A stretch of DNA of 64,000 nt, taken from contig NC_082727.1 in NCBI RefSeq assembly GCF_030144855.1, positions 62,434,001-62,498,000 of the forward strand. Reading direction: 5' to 3'. Both the position numbers and the translations under genes were made by a program. The first letter of the stretch is position 1; each line of letters starts with the position of its first letter. Under the pieces are notes generated by a model. The model saw only the letters and a list, made by a program, of their open reading frames with translations. It did no database searches and was not told where the DNA came from. Positions 12,141 through 25,751 of the stretch are shown here, one piece after another. This stretch comes from Hypanus sabinus. Its lineage: Eukaryota.

Positions 12141-15070
12141 AAATCAGAATCAGGTTTAATGTCACTGACATGTGCCATGAAATTTGTTAACTTAGCCACA
12201 GCAGTTCACTGGAATACATAAGATAGAAGAAGAAGCAATAATAATAAAAAACAAACAAACAAATAAATAAATAAATCAATTACTATATTTATATAGAATA
12301 GATTTAAAATGGTGCAAAAACAGAAATAATATATATTTTAAAAGTGAGGTGGTGTTCACGGGTTCAATGCCCATTTAGAAATCAGTTGGCAGAGGGAAGA
12401 AGCTATTCCTGAATCACTGAGTGTGTGTCTTCAGGCTTCTGTACCACCTACCTGATGGTAACAGTGAGAAAAGGACATGCCCTGGGTGCTGGAGGTCTTT
12501 AATAATGGACACTGCCTTTCTAAGACACCGCTCCCTAAAGATGTCCTGCGTACTTTGTAGCCTGGTGCCCAAGATGAAGCTAACTAGATTTACAACCCTC
12601 TGTAGCTTCTTTCGGTCCTGTGCAGTAGCCCCTCCATACCAGAGAGTGATGCCGCCTGTCAGAATGGTCTCCATGGTACAACAATAAAAGTTTTTGAATG
12701 TATTTGTTGACCTGCCAAATCTCTTCAAACTCCTAATGAAGTATAGCCGCTATCATGCCTTCTTTATAACTACATCGATATGTTGGGATCAGGTTAGACC
12801 CTCAGAGATCTTGACACCCAGGAACTTGAAACTGCTCACTCTCTCCACTTCTGATCCCTCTATGAGGATTGGAATGTGTTCCTTCGTCTCATCCTTCCTG
12901 AAGTCCACAATCAACTCTTTCGTCTTCTGATGTCAAGTGTGAGGTTTTTGCTGCAACACCACTCCACTAGTTGGCATATCTCACCCCTATACACCCCCTC
13001 ATCTCCATCTGAGATCCTACCAACAATGGTTGTATCATCAGAGAACTTATAGATGGTATTTGAGCTATGCCTAGCCACACAGTCATTGGTATAGAGAGAA
13101 TAGAGCGCTGGGCTAAGCACACACTCCTGAAATGCACCAGTGTTGATTGTCAGTGAGGAGGAGATGTTATCACCAATCCAAACAGATTGTGGTCTTCCAA
13201 TTGCAGAGGGAGGACAGAGGCCCAGATTCTGTAACTTCTTAATCAGGATAGCGAGAGTGATGGTATTGAATACTGAGGTATAGTCAATGAACAGCATCCT
13301 GATATAGGTGTTTCTGTTGTCTAGGTGATCTAAGGCTCTGTGAAGAGCCATTGAGATTGCATCTGCCTTTGACCTATTGTGGCAATAGGCAAATTGTAAT
13401 GGGTCCAGGTCCTTGCTGAGGCAGGAGTTCAGTCTGGTTATGGCCAACCTCTCAAAGCATTTCCTCACTGTAGATGTGAGTGCTACCCGGATATTGTCAT
13501 TAAGGCAGCTCACATTATTCTCCTTAGGCAATGATATAATTGTTGCCTTTTTCAAGCAAGTGGAAACTTTTGCTCGTAGCAGTGAGAGGTTGAAAATGTC
13601 CTTGAATACTCCCACCAGTTGATTGACACAGGTTTTCAGAGCCATGCCAGGTACTGCATCAGGACTTTCCACTTTGTGAGGATTCATCCTCTGTAAAGAC
13701 AGTCTAACATCAGCCCCTGAGACTGAGATCATCGGGTGCAGCAGAGAAGTTCACAACTGTAGTTATATTCTCCCTTTCAAACGGGCGTAGACGGCATTGA
13801 GTCCTTCTGGTAGTGAAGCTTCACCGCCTTTCATGCTTTTGGGTTTCGCTTTGTAGGAAGTAATGCCATACCTGGTTTTCTCGTACATTCCTGGGTCACC
13901 AATCTTGAATGCCACAGATCTAGCCTTCAGCAGATGGCGTGCCTCCTGGTTCATCCACGGCTTTTGATTTGAGAATGTACAGTAAGTGTCCACACAGGTT
14001 TTGGTGAAGTCAGTAACAACAGCAGCATCTCAGATTTGAAGTTGAATCCCTGAATACAGTCCAGTCCACCGATTCAAAGCAGTCCTGAAAGCACTCCTAT
14101 GCTTCCCTTGTCCATACGTTCTTGGTCTTCACTGCTGGTGCTGCAGTCTTCAGTCTCTGCCTAGAATCAGGGAGAATAAGTTTAGCCAGGTGATCAGACT
14201 TCTCGAAGTGAGGGCATGGAATAGCATGGTAGGCATTCCTGTTGGTCTAGTGTGTTGTTTCTTCTGGTATCACAAATGATCTGTTGATGGTAATTGCTTA
14301 GTGATTTTTTCAGGCTGGCCTGGTTAAAATCCCCCAAAACGATGGTGAATGTGTTAGGGTGTGCTGTTTTGTGCATGTTGATCCCATTGTTCAGATCATC
14401 TAAAGCCTGATTGACATTTGTCTGAGGTAGAATGTATACTGCTACCAGAGAGATCCTGGAAATCATCCACAGTAGGCAAAATGGACGGCACTTAACTGCG
14501 AGATATTCCAGGTGTGGTGAGTAGAGTTGGGGTAGTACTGGTATATTTGTTCACCAAGCAGATTTGATCATGAGGCATACTCCTCCACCTCTGCTTTTGA
14601 GAGACTCTATACATCTATCCTGATGGTATATAATAAACCCGTTGATTTATATCGCTGCATCCGGTACAGAAGGGGTTAACCAGGATTCCATGCGACAAGG
14701 GATACACGCTGTTCTAATGTCCCTCTGATTCAGCACCCTAGCTCTGAGATCATTGATATTATTCACCAGAGACTGCACGTTTGCCTTCAAGATAATCAGT
14801 ATCGGGAGTTTAAAACCCCGTTTCCTTAAATGCAGTTGTATCCCTGACCTGCAACAATGTTTTCTATGTGAAATCCGACGAGGAGTCTGTCGGCAATGGG
14901 CATTGTTTACGTCAGTTTTAAGCAGCAATTGTTCATTTAAAGGCGTTAAGACATCTTCGTTGACTGTACTGACCTTGGGAGCAGATATGATTTTTAGCTG
15001 TATCAGGATGAAACAAGAATATTTAATCGTATCCATTGAGAGTTCTGCTGCCACACAAGTTGCCTCGAGC
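12141..15070 (-). mobile_element. Near full-length Rex1/Babar non-LTR retrotransposon (APE + RT), frameshifted
   Basis: Successive minus-strand ORF fragments: ANVQSLVN..ESWL (APE), LGDFNQA (APE), [46 protein letters not shown] (RT), HPGHVLFSLLPSGR; tail attaaacctgattctgatt. Confidence 0.92.
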
Positions 15071-15494
15071 CCCCCCAGGAAGTAGAGTAGGTTCTGTAGA
15101 GCGGGTTGCCAGCAAAGCCTCTATATCCCCCCTCTATAGGCTCACAAAGTGACCTTCACCCCCTCTCTCACTTCTGTCAGAAAATCTCAAAGCACTTTAA
15201 TGCCATTTTGTAAATGGACCAAAAATTATCTAATATAGTGGATTTATCTGCTCTGGAATTATCTACTAGCTCTTATCTGGTAGAGTGCCACAGAATATCT
15301 GAGAGAAAATGAGTTGGGCCTTGGTTTATGCATTACCTTATAGATAATGAAAAAGCCACATAAGTACCAGCGTGTCATGTATATAAATTACTATGTATGT
15401 CAACCTTTCCTTTTTATCCATACAGTCAGTTTGTCAGAAATTCTCCATATAAATATGCTTTTGTTTGTATAAATGAAAAGAACACGGAGAGAAA

Positions 15495-15630
15495 GAGGTT
15501 ATGCGCTTCGCCCCTGCTTTATTCATTTTATACTTTTGACTGTGAGGGTGAGAACAGCTCCAATACCATATTTAAGTTTGCTGATTGTCCAGCACTGTCA
15601 TTGGCTGAATTAAAGTTGGTGACAAATCCA
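15495..15630 (+). mobile_element. Rex1/Babar RT fragment
   Basis: SPLLYSFYTFDC...NTIFKFAD in ORF 15397-15735. Confidence 0.7.
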
Positions 15631-16835
15631 CCTCTCAGAGTGAGGTTGTTGGGATCATCTGCTGTATCCAATGCTCCCAGTGTGGCCTCTTGTATATCGG
15701 TGAAACCTGATGTAGATTGGAGACTGCTTTTCTGAGCACCTACACTCCGTGTGCTACAAAATGCGTGATCTTCCAGTGGCCACCCATTTTAATTCCACTT
15801 CCTATTCCCATTCTGACATGTTCAAAGGTTCAAAGGTCCAATTTATTGTCAGAGAAATGTAGACAATATACATCCTAAAATGCTTTTTCTTCGCAAACAT
15901 TCATGAAAGCAGAGAAGTGCCCCAAAGAATGAATGACAGTTAAATGTGAGAACCCCAAAGTCCCTCCAGCTCCCCCTCCTTCATGCAACAATCCCCCCTC
16001 ACCCCCCAGCAAAAAAAGTGCACCCGCTACCGAGCACAAGCATGAGCTGGGCGATAGCAAAGACCTTGCAATTACCCCAAAGACGATCGCATTTCACCCA
16101 ACATTCGACAAACCACATGTTCTCTCTCTCCTTAATAAGGGAGAGGGAGGTGTCCCCCATTTTCACAGCAAGCGGGAGACATAATAAACCAATGGTTTAC
16201 GATGTAAAAAAGTCCATTTCGTTGATTTTTTTCAAGCTCTGTGCCTGAAGATCGCAAAGATCTCAGGTCTTCGGGCCCACAGCGAAAGATTTTCTGGTCT
16301 CCCTAACGACACACGAGTCTCCTGCCATGACAGCAACCCTCGATCCACCCGCCTCTGGAGCCCTGAGATCTTAGGTTTTCGAATTCGAGCCGGCCTCTCA
16401 GGCTGAACCCTTGGCATGCCGAACAATGAAGGCCCATCCTGAAACCCTGAGAACGGGTCCCATTCCCACAAAGAACCGAAGACTGCGGGTCAGGGCCTTC
16501 AAAAGAACCCTGAAAGGGAAAAATAAAGATACTGAAGATGGAAATAGAGCAGTTTCCGAAGATGCAAACAAGGGAGTTGCCGTTTAGCGACATGTCAGAC
16601 CAAGGCCTCCTCTACTACCACAATGAGGCCATGCTTAGGTTGGAGGAGCAACACCTTTTATTCCATCTAGGTAGCCCTCAACCTGTTGGCATGAACATCG
16701 ATTTCTCGAACTTCAGGTAATGTCCCCCACCCCCCTTCACCATTCCCTATTCCCATTTCCTTCCCTCACCTTATCTCCTTTCCTGTCCACCAACTCCCTC
16801 TGGTGCTTCTCCCCCAGCAATTTCTTCCATGGCCT
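15631..16835 (+). mobile_element. Penelope-like GIY-YIG endonuclease region, interrupted by an insertion
   Basis: GIICCIQCSQCGLLYIGET..VATHFN before the insertion; GLLYYHNEAMLRLEEQHLLFHLGSPQPVGMNIDFSNFR after it. Confidence 0.85.
15822..16588 (-). mobile_element. Non-autonomous retroposon with 7-bp TSD
   Basis: TSD gacatgt at 15815-15821 and 16589-16595; minus-strand tail aataaattggacctttgaacctttgaa; homologous to about 42833-43986. Confidence 0.8.
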
Positions 16836-17190
16836 TCATGAATCTCAGGTTTGTATATGGTGACATAGATATACTTTGACAATAAATTTGCTTTGAAATT
16901 TGAAAGGCTGCTGTGTGTATGGTTTTAATTTATTTTCCTCCACAGCTCTAATTGTTTATTGTATAAAAAATCGGTGGTATGGGAGCATTGTCGGGTACCT
17001 AATATTGAAACATTTTTCCTACAATAAGAAATATTTATAGCATTATCATTAAGTGATTTAATTATTTTGTAAAAATACTCTTTTAGTGTGAGGTATCTGC
17101 TTTAAAGTGTAGATTAAAAATACTTTGATTAAAAACATTGCAATTTAAACCATTTTGTTCCAATAAATGGAATAGTCGCCCATGCTGATG

Positions 17191-17258
17191 CAGGGATCCC
17201 AACCCGGAGTCCAGGTTAATGGGAGAGGTCCTTGGTATAATAAAGCTTGGGAACCCCG
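17191..17258. mobile_element. Tiny hAT-type MITE
   Basis: TIR-like ends cagggatcccaacc / gcttgggaaccccg. Confidence 0.55.
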
Positions 17259-18166
17259 GCTCTAAGCTAAAGAGGAGAAATTCTGATAATAAAAGGATTT
17301 TATATAATACATTTACCTGTATAAGGAAGTTATTTAATGCTGTCAAGCAAGAATTTTCCAGATGTTGCACTGCTCTTGATATTTCACATTTTGCATTGAG
17401 TAGTAGAATATTTATTACTGCGTTTTCTCATTACTGATTACAATATAGTGTGTCCTGTATGACACTTATCTGTAAATTTAGGACAGCCCATGGTCATATT
17501 ATTAGTTTTCTAAATATACATATTTATTTTTGAGACCAATATTACATTAGCTTTCAGTGACTCTTTTATTAAGAACACAAATCAATCTCTGTCTTTGTTT
17601 TTATTCAAATATATTTTCTAATCCATTGATTTTTCTGTACACATTCCTATAATACTGTTCCTCATCATTCTGTAACAGATAAGCTCAATCTTCTCCGTTC
17701 ATCTATTGATGCAGTTGTGTATGTTGATCCAATTTTCTATTTTTACCATAGATTGGGAGGACGTTTTTCATTAAAACTGATAGAAAATAATAACTAACTT
17801 GCATTTATGGCCAGTCTTTTACCATTATTTTTTCACAGATGCACAAAATTAAATTATCTTCCTTCACAAGTTTGTTTCTTGGAGTCTTAAAGATTGTAAG
17901 TGGGAGGAAGGGGAAGTCTGCACAATAAGTTGAATCAGAGCAGCTTGTATAAAAGGTGATAGGATGAATGTTTACTTGCTTAAGTAGTGTCTGAACATTT
18001 TAAATATGGGGCCATCAGAGAACTAGGAGCAGTATTGGATGGCAGAGACTGGCATGAAGGGTGACCTTTGACTCGATGATAGCACTCTTTTCTCTGAGTC
18101 CAACATTTGTATGTTGAAGCTCCTCATAGGACTTTGGTACATAACAATGGGTGCACATTTAATTTT

Positions 18167-18557
18167 CATCATCATCATTATGTGCTGTGTCGTGTGACAT
18201 GGGTGATCATGGTCTTTGACCATGATTGTATTAGGCAAAATTTTCTACAGAAATGGTTTGCCATTGCCTTCTTCTGGGCAGTGCCTTTACAAGACAGGTG
18301 ACTCCAGCCATTACCAATACCCTTCAGAGATTGTCTGCCTGGCGTCAGTAGTGGGATAACCAGGACTTGTGATATACGCCAGCTACCCGTATGATCATCC
18401 ACCACCTGCTCCATGGTTACAGGTACCCTGATCAGTGTTGGGGGTAGGTGCTAAGCAAGTGCTACACCTTGGCAAAGGGTCATCTGCAGGCTAGCAGAGG
18501 GACAGAGCATTTTTATCCCTCCCTTGGTAGAGATGCCTCTCCACCCTGCCACTCCAC
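18167..18557 (-). mobile_element. RTE-related non-autonomous retroposon (Bov-B/Sauria-SINE-like tail)
   Basis: Minus strand has agaaggcaatggcaaacca...catggtc...(ATG)n, an RTE-type 3' end. Confidence 0.7.
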
Positions 18558-19489
18558 TTTCAAATGACCCTCTTATATTCAGGTTAAATGAAACTAATAT
18601 ACCATTTATTCAAAAATTGTATTATAATTGCTCAATTAAAAGGGAGTTATTTCAAATATTGGTGTGTTTTGTAGCTGTGATAATATGCATTCAATTAAAG
18701 ATGGAAAGAACATAAAACAAATAAACTGATGGATGTTCTGTCACTTGCTTTAGTGCATTGTAAATCATTATAACGTAATGAGGAAATGCATAGAATTTCA
18801 CATCATGTCATTTGTTTAGCTATATTTTATTTTTGCAAGTTTTAAGACCCTGTGTAGTTTAAATAGATGCAATTAAAAACTGTAGTGGTAAAATATCTTA
18901 AGCAGAGCCGAGCTGAATTTTAAATGTTTGTTTTTACAATTTAGTTTTTACAAAATACTTCTCTTTTAGAAGTGACTTGATCAGAAAGCAAACTTATGTC
19001 ATGTACAAGGTGCTAAGTGCATTTGTATGTTGTAAATTTAGTACAGAGGTTCCATGTATAAATCTTCCAAGAAAATGAAAATACTATTTGTTTTTTTTTG
19101 GAATGTGGAGTTGTGGTTGAATCCAAACAACAGGTTGATTAATGAGACTACAATTAATACTTTCCCTATTGTTTGTAATATCTACTGTTAATTATTTTAC
19201 ATTGCCTTTTTTTCTGACCTAAATGCTTCATTGCATTCACAATACTGTATACATCATTGACTATTAATGGGAAATCTAAATATGGAAATGCAGTGCATAT
19301 GACTTGCAGTAAGAGAGTACTAGAAAATTTTTCATTTTTAGCATAAGCAAGCATGATGTCATTTCAAAAGAAATGATATGAATCAGTGCTGAAAGTATCT
19401 GATGCTGAAGCAGATTAAATATTCATGCACACATTTAGTTCACTTGTAGCCATTAATCATATGGTTTGACAAATAACATATTTTCCTGC

Positions 19490-19710
19490 CATTGCCTGTA
19501 AGAAGATTGTATGTTCTCCCAGTGACTGTATGGGTTTCCTCTGGGTGCTTTTGTCTCCTCCCAAGGTCCTAAAGACGCAACAGTTGGTAGGTTAATTAGT
19601 CATTGTAAATTGTTGTGCGATTAGGCTAGGTTTAAATCGGGATTGCTGGGCAGCACGGTTCAAAGGTCAGGAAGGGATTATTTCATGCTGTATCTCAGTA
19701 AATAAATAAA
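19490..19710 (+). mobile_element. V-SINE (HE1-like)
   Basis: tgggtttcctctgggtgct..ctcctccca V-domain; ggtaggttaattagtcattgtaaattg. Confidence 0.7.
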
Positions 19711-19929
19711 GAAACAACCAAACAAACATTTGTCCCATAAGTTAAATAAAAGATGGCTTTTGCTTAATCACAAATTGATAATGATGTTTTTATGTTGGAA
19801 CTAATGTTTAAGAATGCTTCCCACAAGGGGGCTTCAGTACTTTAAAATGCAATACCTATACATTTCTAATTCAAATCTCTCGTTTTTTAAATGCTTACAA
19901 CTTCATTCTTTCTTCCCCAGTCTCATCTC

Positions 19930-21000
19930 TTTCCACTTGTGTCTGTAACACTGGATGCCCTCCATCTCTTCAACAGTTTCCAATTTCTTCATCTCAACTG
20001 ACCCATCTTCACCATGGAGGTCATTGCTTCTCCATCCCACTTTGCAAGTTCTGAGAGCACTCTGTGTTTTTCTTGAACAGAGGCTCAGCCAGTTCCCCTC
20101 CTCCAACATATCTGGCTGAAAGCTCCCCAGATCGAAGGTGTAGTTGTGAACATTCACATCTGTCTAAACTATATACTGTACAATATATTCTCTTGTAGAA
20201 TATATGCAACAGTCTTTGATTCAGTTATACTTGGGCCCACTCCCACAGACTATTTTTCTAGTACCTCATCAACTGCCTAGTTGTTGCTTCCTGCACTGAT
20301 ACAGATCACTTAGGCTTCTTCCATATGCCTCTCATGTCAATCTGGTGGTCCATCTCTGACTCTTTCTGATTCCATCTCAGAGGATAGGCTAGTCTCACTG
20401 ACCCTCCACAGCCATCTTAACTATACTTTTCTCCCACTCTGTCTCCTTTAAGAAATTGATTCCATGTTTCCAAAATTCCATCTCTGATCAATTTACTGTG
20501 TTAATGAGATTTTTCACACAGGTTCCTTGGAAATGTCTTTTTCCTTCTTCAATCATGGCTTCATGTATTCCCTTGGGAAGTATAGGAACAAAGTTTCCTC
20601 AGTCCTCACCTTATACTTCACCTTTTTTTTGTATTTAAAAGATCATCTGTGCAGCTCCAAAAAGAATCCACTGCCAGATTCTTCCCCATTCTGCCAGAAG
20701 TGTTCCCATCCTTCTCAGCACTTTGAAGGGACAAGTTTCCATAATGCACTCTCCTGTCTCCACCAACCACTACCATCTTTTGGTACCATCCCTTCCAACT
20801 GCAGGAATACAACACCTATCCTTTTACTTCTTCCTTTCCACACTCCAGAGACCCAGACAGTTTTTACAGGTGAAGTATTTCTTCCATTCAAATACATTAC
20901 ATTTGGTGTTCATAGACCTTCCTGTTGCTTGCTACTTTCATTCCATCCCACTACCACTCTGATCTCCTACCTGTGCCCTCCTGCACTGCTATTTCACCTG
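19930..21000 (+). mobile_element. Old, heavily decayed Penelope-like RT/EN body
   Basis: Remnants such as LRALCVFLEQR and QQSLIQLYLGPLPQ; pyrimidine-rich composition like the younger copies. Confidence 0.5.
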
Positions 21001-21264
21001 ATCTTTCATCTAGAAATGTTACAGTCTTCCAGATACAATACCTAATTCTCTAGTTCAACATAACTTGCTCTTTGTCTGTATCAGAGTAAATATTTTCTTC
21101 CTTTGCGAATCATGGCTTCTCTTTAAATTGCTCTTTGTATGAGAATGGGCCATTTCTGTGATATATGTTCCCTTTTTCCTTCTCTATGTGTTCCCAGAAT
21201 GTTATGAATATTGCACAGTCTTAATATTAGTAATGAAGATAAAGAAATGTAACATCATTTCAAA

Positions 21265-21625
21265 AATATTCACAAAATGGAGAAGGAATTCAGCAGGTCA
21301 GACATCATCTACGGAAAGGAATAAAGAGTCAACATTTCATGCTGAGATCATTCGTTATGACTGGAAAGGACAGGGGAAGACTGAGTGTTACTCTGGATTT
21401 GCAGCATTTGCAGAATCTCTTGTTTTCATAAATATTGCTTTGTTTTGCCTATCTCTCCCCCGCTTTGTCTGCTACTGAAACAAGCATGATTTTTTTCCAG
21501 TTCTAACTAAGAGTCTCAAATATGAAACCATAACTGTTTCACTTCCTGCAGATGCTGCTTAACCTGCAGGGTATTTCCACCATTTTAATTTTTTCTTTCA
21601 GATTACCAGCATCTGCAGTTTTTTT
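21265..21625. mobile_element. Penelope terminal-repeat copies (inverted pair at about 21265-21425 plus a forward copy)
   Basis: Minus-strand tail with degenerate hammerhead joined to forward ggatttgcagcatttgcaga; second degenerate copy at about 21490-21625. Confidence 0.6.
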
Positions 21626-22524
21626 TTAACTTTTGGATTACTTTTTTAATTGGTTTGATCTGGACACACCCAGTGCTTTAAGAATGATGTGACACAATGA
21701 AGAACTGAGCTTCTCCATTTCTACCCTGAATATCTAGAAGTAGAAATATATTCTCTGTGGGATGCTCTCTCTGTGCATTGTAATGCCCAATTCTCCTGAT
21801 CTGCTTCTAAGATTCATTTCCGTTGAAGTCTGTTGACTAGAATTTCAGAAGCAGAGTTTGGTGCACAAGAATTGCTGTCTCATCAGTTTACTGTTTGCTG
21901 CATTTGTACCTCCTGGGAACAATAACAACAATGAAATTTGGAAGTTGTCCCTCTGGCTAATGATCTGTTTCTATTCTTTGTCCATATTGCCTCAGATTCG
22001 GGTTGAAAGATGTCACTGTGAAAGAAATAGTGGTTGATAAAAACAGAATGATAATTGAGGTGGAAACTCTGGCATTTTTAGAATAAGAGTGCAAGGTTTA
22101 TTTCACTGCTTTTTGTAACTCAGCACTGCGCTGCTTTGTTGATGTGCTTCAATTTGACAGGAAATGCTTTTTGAGCAACCAGATAGCTGGAAAGCTGTCT
22201 TGCCTTCATTCTGGTTTGAACTCAGCTCTTGCATGTCCTGTTTGATCTCTCTGAGAAGCTGTTGTTCAGTTCAGCCATCTATGAAGTTCCCACACCCACA
22301 GCTCAAGTGTGCCTCCTGCTGAGCCAATTAGGTAGCATTGTAGTTTGCAGCTAGATTGTGCTTCATCTCCTGGAGCAGCCATTCTTTCAGGGAGAGTCAG
22401 AGACTGGCTTCAGATAACTAACTTGTGGAAAAATACCAGATTGTCCTAAATGGAAATGCTTTAAAGATACCGCAGTCCACTTTCTGCTATACACTTGGGA
22501 ATGTAAATTGAAATGAATTGACCA

Positions 22525-23329
22525 CAGTGGATTCCAATTGATTGGGACAGCCGATCATTTGGGACAACTCTTAAAAGAACAAGATCTAATCGAGAAAATG
22601 GGATTAGTTTATTTTGGAAACTATGCTGCTTAATCGGGACAGGAGACTGTTGCCAAACAGTTTGTAACTGGTGTCAGTCGTGTACACTTGTGTGACCATA
22701 AGAGACTACAACATGCTGAGAGCAAACAGTTTTTAAATGGTGTTAGTTACGTATTTCTCTGTTCAAAACTCAGTGATTTTTGTCACTGATACTTGGCAAG
22801 AAATAAGCAGTGAGGCAAGTATGAACTCTGCCCCCTGCAATTTCAAACTTGGAGATGCCAGAAACAGCTGGGAGCGAAAATGAAACAATATCACTACTTC
22901 AACAAATTAGGAACAATGAAGCAGTTGAATATATCAATAATCATTTTGAATGTTAAAAAGGAAATTAAGATTTGGAGAATGCAATCATCAAAAGCATTAC
23001 ATGAAGGCAGTCTACCATCTAAACTGAGTGTCTGTGCTTATTTTGTTCATTTACAATCCATCAAAGAATAAGCCAGTGTACACTGGGCGAATTCATCCAC
23101 TGATAGATATTAGAAACTAATTCACTGTTTTATTGTACAATAGTAGATTTGATCGTGTTCAAATTTGTTGGGTAGCTCATTTAAATATATACTTTGTTAC
23201 TCAGTTAAACAGTAGTTTGCCTTTTTATACTTTTTTAACTACTTCAACGAAACTTCAGCTAATTGGAGCAACCACTTGACTAGGCCGAAATGTTCTGGTC
23301 TGCTGTGTCCCATGAACCAGAATCCGCAG
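22525..23329 (+). mobile_element. TcMar (Tigger/pogo-like) non-autonomous DNA transposon
   Basis: Termini cagtggattcc...gaatccgcag|ta; homologous, opposite-orientation copy at 42759-44739. Confidence 0.7.
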
Positions 23330-23703
23330 TAATTGGTGCTTTTCTGTGCGGACAATACTGATTCAGTAAACTGGAGACACAGGAGACTGGAATCTGGAGA
23401 ACATTCTGCTGGAGGAACTCATGCAGGATCCTGACACAGGTTTTTGACTCAAAATGTTGACAATTCCTAACCACTGTTCGACCTCTAAAGTTCCTACAGT
23501 AGTTTATTTGTTAATATTGACACAGTGATGCTGGAAAATTGTGAATGTCACTCTAGTCTTTAACAAGGCAGAGAAGCAAAAGGAAGGAAATTATAGGCCA
23601 GTTAGCCTCATGTCAGTGGTTTGGAAGATTTTTGAGTCCATTGTTAAGGATAAAGTTTCAGGTTACCTGGAAGGACATGATAAATTAGACCAAAGTCAGC
23701 ATG

Positions 23704-24235
23704 CATGAGGAAATCTGCAGATGCTGGAAATTCAAACAACAACACACACAAAATGCTGGTGGAACACAGCAGGCCAGGCAGCATCTATAGGGAGAAGCGC
23801 TGTCGACACTTCGGGCCTTATAACAACACCTTATAAACTGGCTGGGTAGCCTCCAACCTGATGGCATGAACATTGACTTCTCTAACTTCCATTAATGCCC
23901 CTCCTCCCCTTCTTACCCCATCCCTGACATATTTAGTTGTTTGCCTGTTCTCCATCTCCCTCTGGTGCTCTCCCCACCTTTCTTTCTCCTGAGGCCTCCC
24001 GTCCCATGATCCTTTCCCTTCTCCAGCTCTGTATCACTTTTGCCAATCACCTTTCCAGCTCTTAGCTTCATCCCACCCCCTCCGGTCTTCTCCTATCATT
24101 CCGCATTTCCCCCTCCCCCCTCTACTTTCAAATCTCTTACTATCTTTCCTTTCGGTTAGTCCTGACGAAGGGTCCCGGCCCAAAACGTCGACAGGTGCTG
24201 CCTAGCCTGCTGTGTTCCACCGGCATTTTGTGTGT
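23704..24235 (+). mobile_element. Penelope-like insertion with inverted terminal repeat and 14-bp TSD
   Basis: TSD ccaaagtcagcatg at 23690-23703 and 24236-24249; inverted tail 23704-23818, then forward QHLINWLGSLQPDGMNIDFSNFH* with hammerhead and tail. Confidence 0.9.
24159..24192 (+). ncRNA. Minimal type-I hammerhead ribozyme motif (G12>A, predicted inactive)
   Basis: gtc CTGACGA A GGG tcccgg CCC AAAA C GTC gac. Confidence 0.7.
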
Positions 24236-24985
24236 CCAAAGTCAGCATGGTTTCCTCAAGGGGAAAGCTTGCCTGGCAAATCTGTTGTAATTCTTTGAGG
24301 AAATGACAGGCAGGATAGAAAAAGGAGAGTCAGTCAATGTTGTATACTTGTATTTTCTGATGGCCTTGACAAGATGCCATACATGAGGCTACTCAACAAG
24401 ATTAGAGTCCATGGCATTACAGGAAAGCTACTAGCATGGGTAAAAGTTTGGCCGACTAGCGGGAGGCAGAGTGGGAATAAAAGGGGCCTTTTATGGTTGG
24501 CTGCTGGTGACTAGTGATTTTCCACAGGAGTCGATGTCGGGACCGCTTTTTTCATGTTATATGTTAATAATTTGGATGATGAAATTGATGTTCTGTGGCC
24601 AGTTTTGCAGATGATATGAAGACAGATGAAGTGGCAAATAATGTTGAGGAAATAGGAGCCTGCAGAAGTACTTAGACAGATTGGGAGAATGGGCAAAAAA
24701 GAGGCTGATGGAATATAGTGTAGTCAAGTATATGGTAATAGACTTTGGTAGAAAGAATAAAGGCATAGACTATTTTCTAAACAAGGAGAAAATTTCTAAA
24801 ATCGGAGGTGCAAAGGGATTTGGGAGTTTTGTGAAAGATCCCTAAAAGTTAACTTTCAAGTTGAGTCAATGGTAAGGAAGGCAAATGCAATGTTAGCATT
24901 CATTTCGAGAGGACTAGAATATAAGAGCATTTCTACGCTTAGTAAATATTGCAAAGGTAGGTTAATTTCTGTCATATAATTTAGT

Positions 24986-25290
24986 GTTGGCGTATGGCGT
25001 AGTGGATAAGGCATCAGACTAGTAACCTGAAGGTCACTGGTTCGAGCCTCAGCTGAGGCAGTGTGTTTGTGTCCTTGAGCAAGGCACTTAACAACACATT
25101 GCTCTGCGACGTCACCGGTGCCAAGCTGCATGGGTTCTAGTGCCCTTCCCTCGGACAACATCGGTGGCGTGGAGAAGGGAAGGCCTGTAGCTTGGGCAAC
25201 TACCGGTCTCCCATACAGACCCTGCCCAGGCCTGCGCCCTGGAAACTCCAGGCACAGATCCATGGTCTCTCGAAACCAACGGATGCCACC
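24986..25290 (+). mobile_element. tRNA-derived CORE-like SINE with RTE-like tail
   Basis: A box tggcgtagtgg, B box ggttcgagcc, CORE-like gtgtccttgagcaaggcacttaac, tail gatccatggtctctcgaaaccaacggatgcc. Confidence 0.7.
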
Positions 25291-25751
25291 GCCAATAATG
25301 CTGAAGAGCTAATTCACACCTTTACATTGAATAGACTAAATTACTGCAATGCACTTTTTACTTCAACTCATTCAGAATGCCACTACTAGACTTTTAGCCA
25401 AAAACAGGATGAGGGAACATATCACTCCCATGCTAGTTATTCAGCATTGGCTTCCTATATGTTTCATAATTGATTTTGATGTTCTCTTACTTGTTTTTAA
25501 AGCTCTTAATGGCCTGGGACTGGAGTACATCACAGGATCATTTTCATTTTATAACCCTGTTCAAGCTCTCAGGACATCTTCCACTGGTCTCTTAAATTTA
25601 AACAACGTCCCTCAAAAAATAATTATCAAGTCAGCTTTTTTCAACTACACTCCTAAACTGAAATTCATTACCTGAAACCATAAGAGATGCAGAATCCATT
25701 GACACTTCTAAACACCAGCTCAAAACCTATTTATTTAACCTTACTTTTAAC

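Larger units (their letters stand above)
23545..24930 (+). mobile_element. CR1 LINE RT region, split by a Penelope insertion
   Basis: NYRPVSLMSVV..SQHGFLKGKACLANL, YLYF..A.DKMP, and ASFADD-like motifs. Confidence 0.85.

Noticed and set aside
12911-13732. 273-aa ORF as a functional reverse transcriptase gene
   Set aside because: It is a fragment of a frameshifted Rex1/Babar LINE with degenerate motifs (FSDD) and is not intact.
20527-21045. 172-aa ORF
   Set aside because: Lies in decayed pyrimidine-rich Penelope-like sequence with no recognisable host protein.
24986-25065. tRNA gene
   Set aside because: A and B boxes are present but run straight into a SINE core and tail; no proper acceptor stem or terminator.
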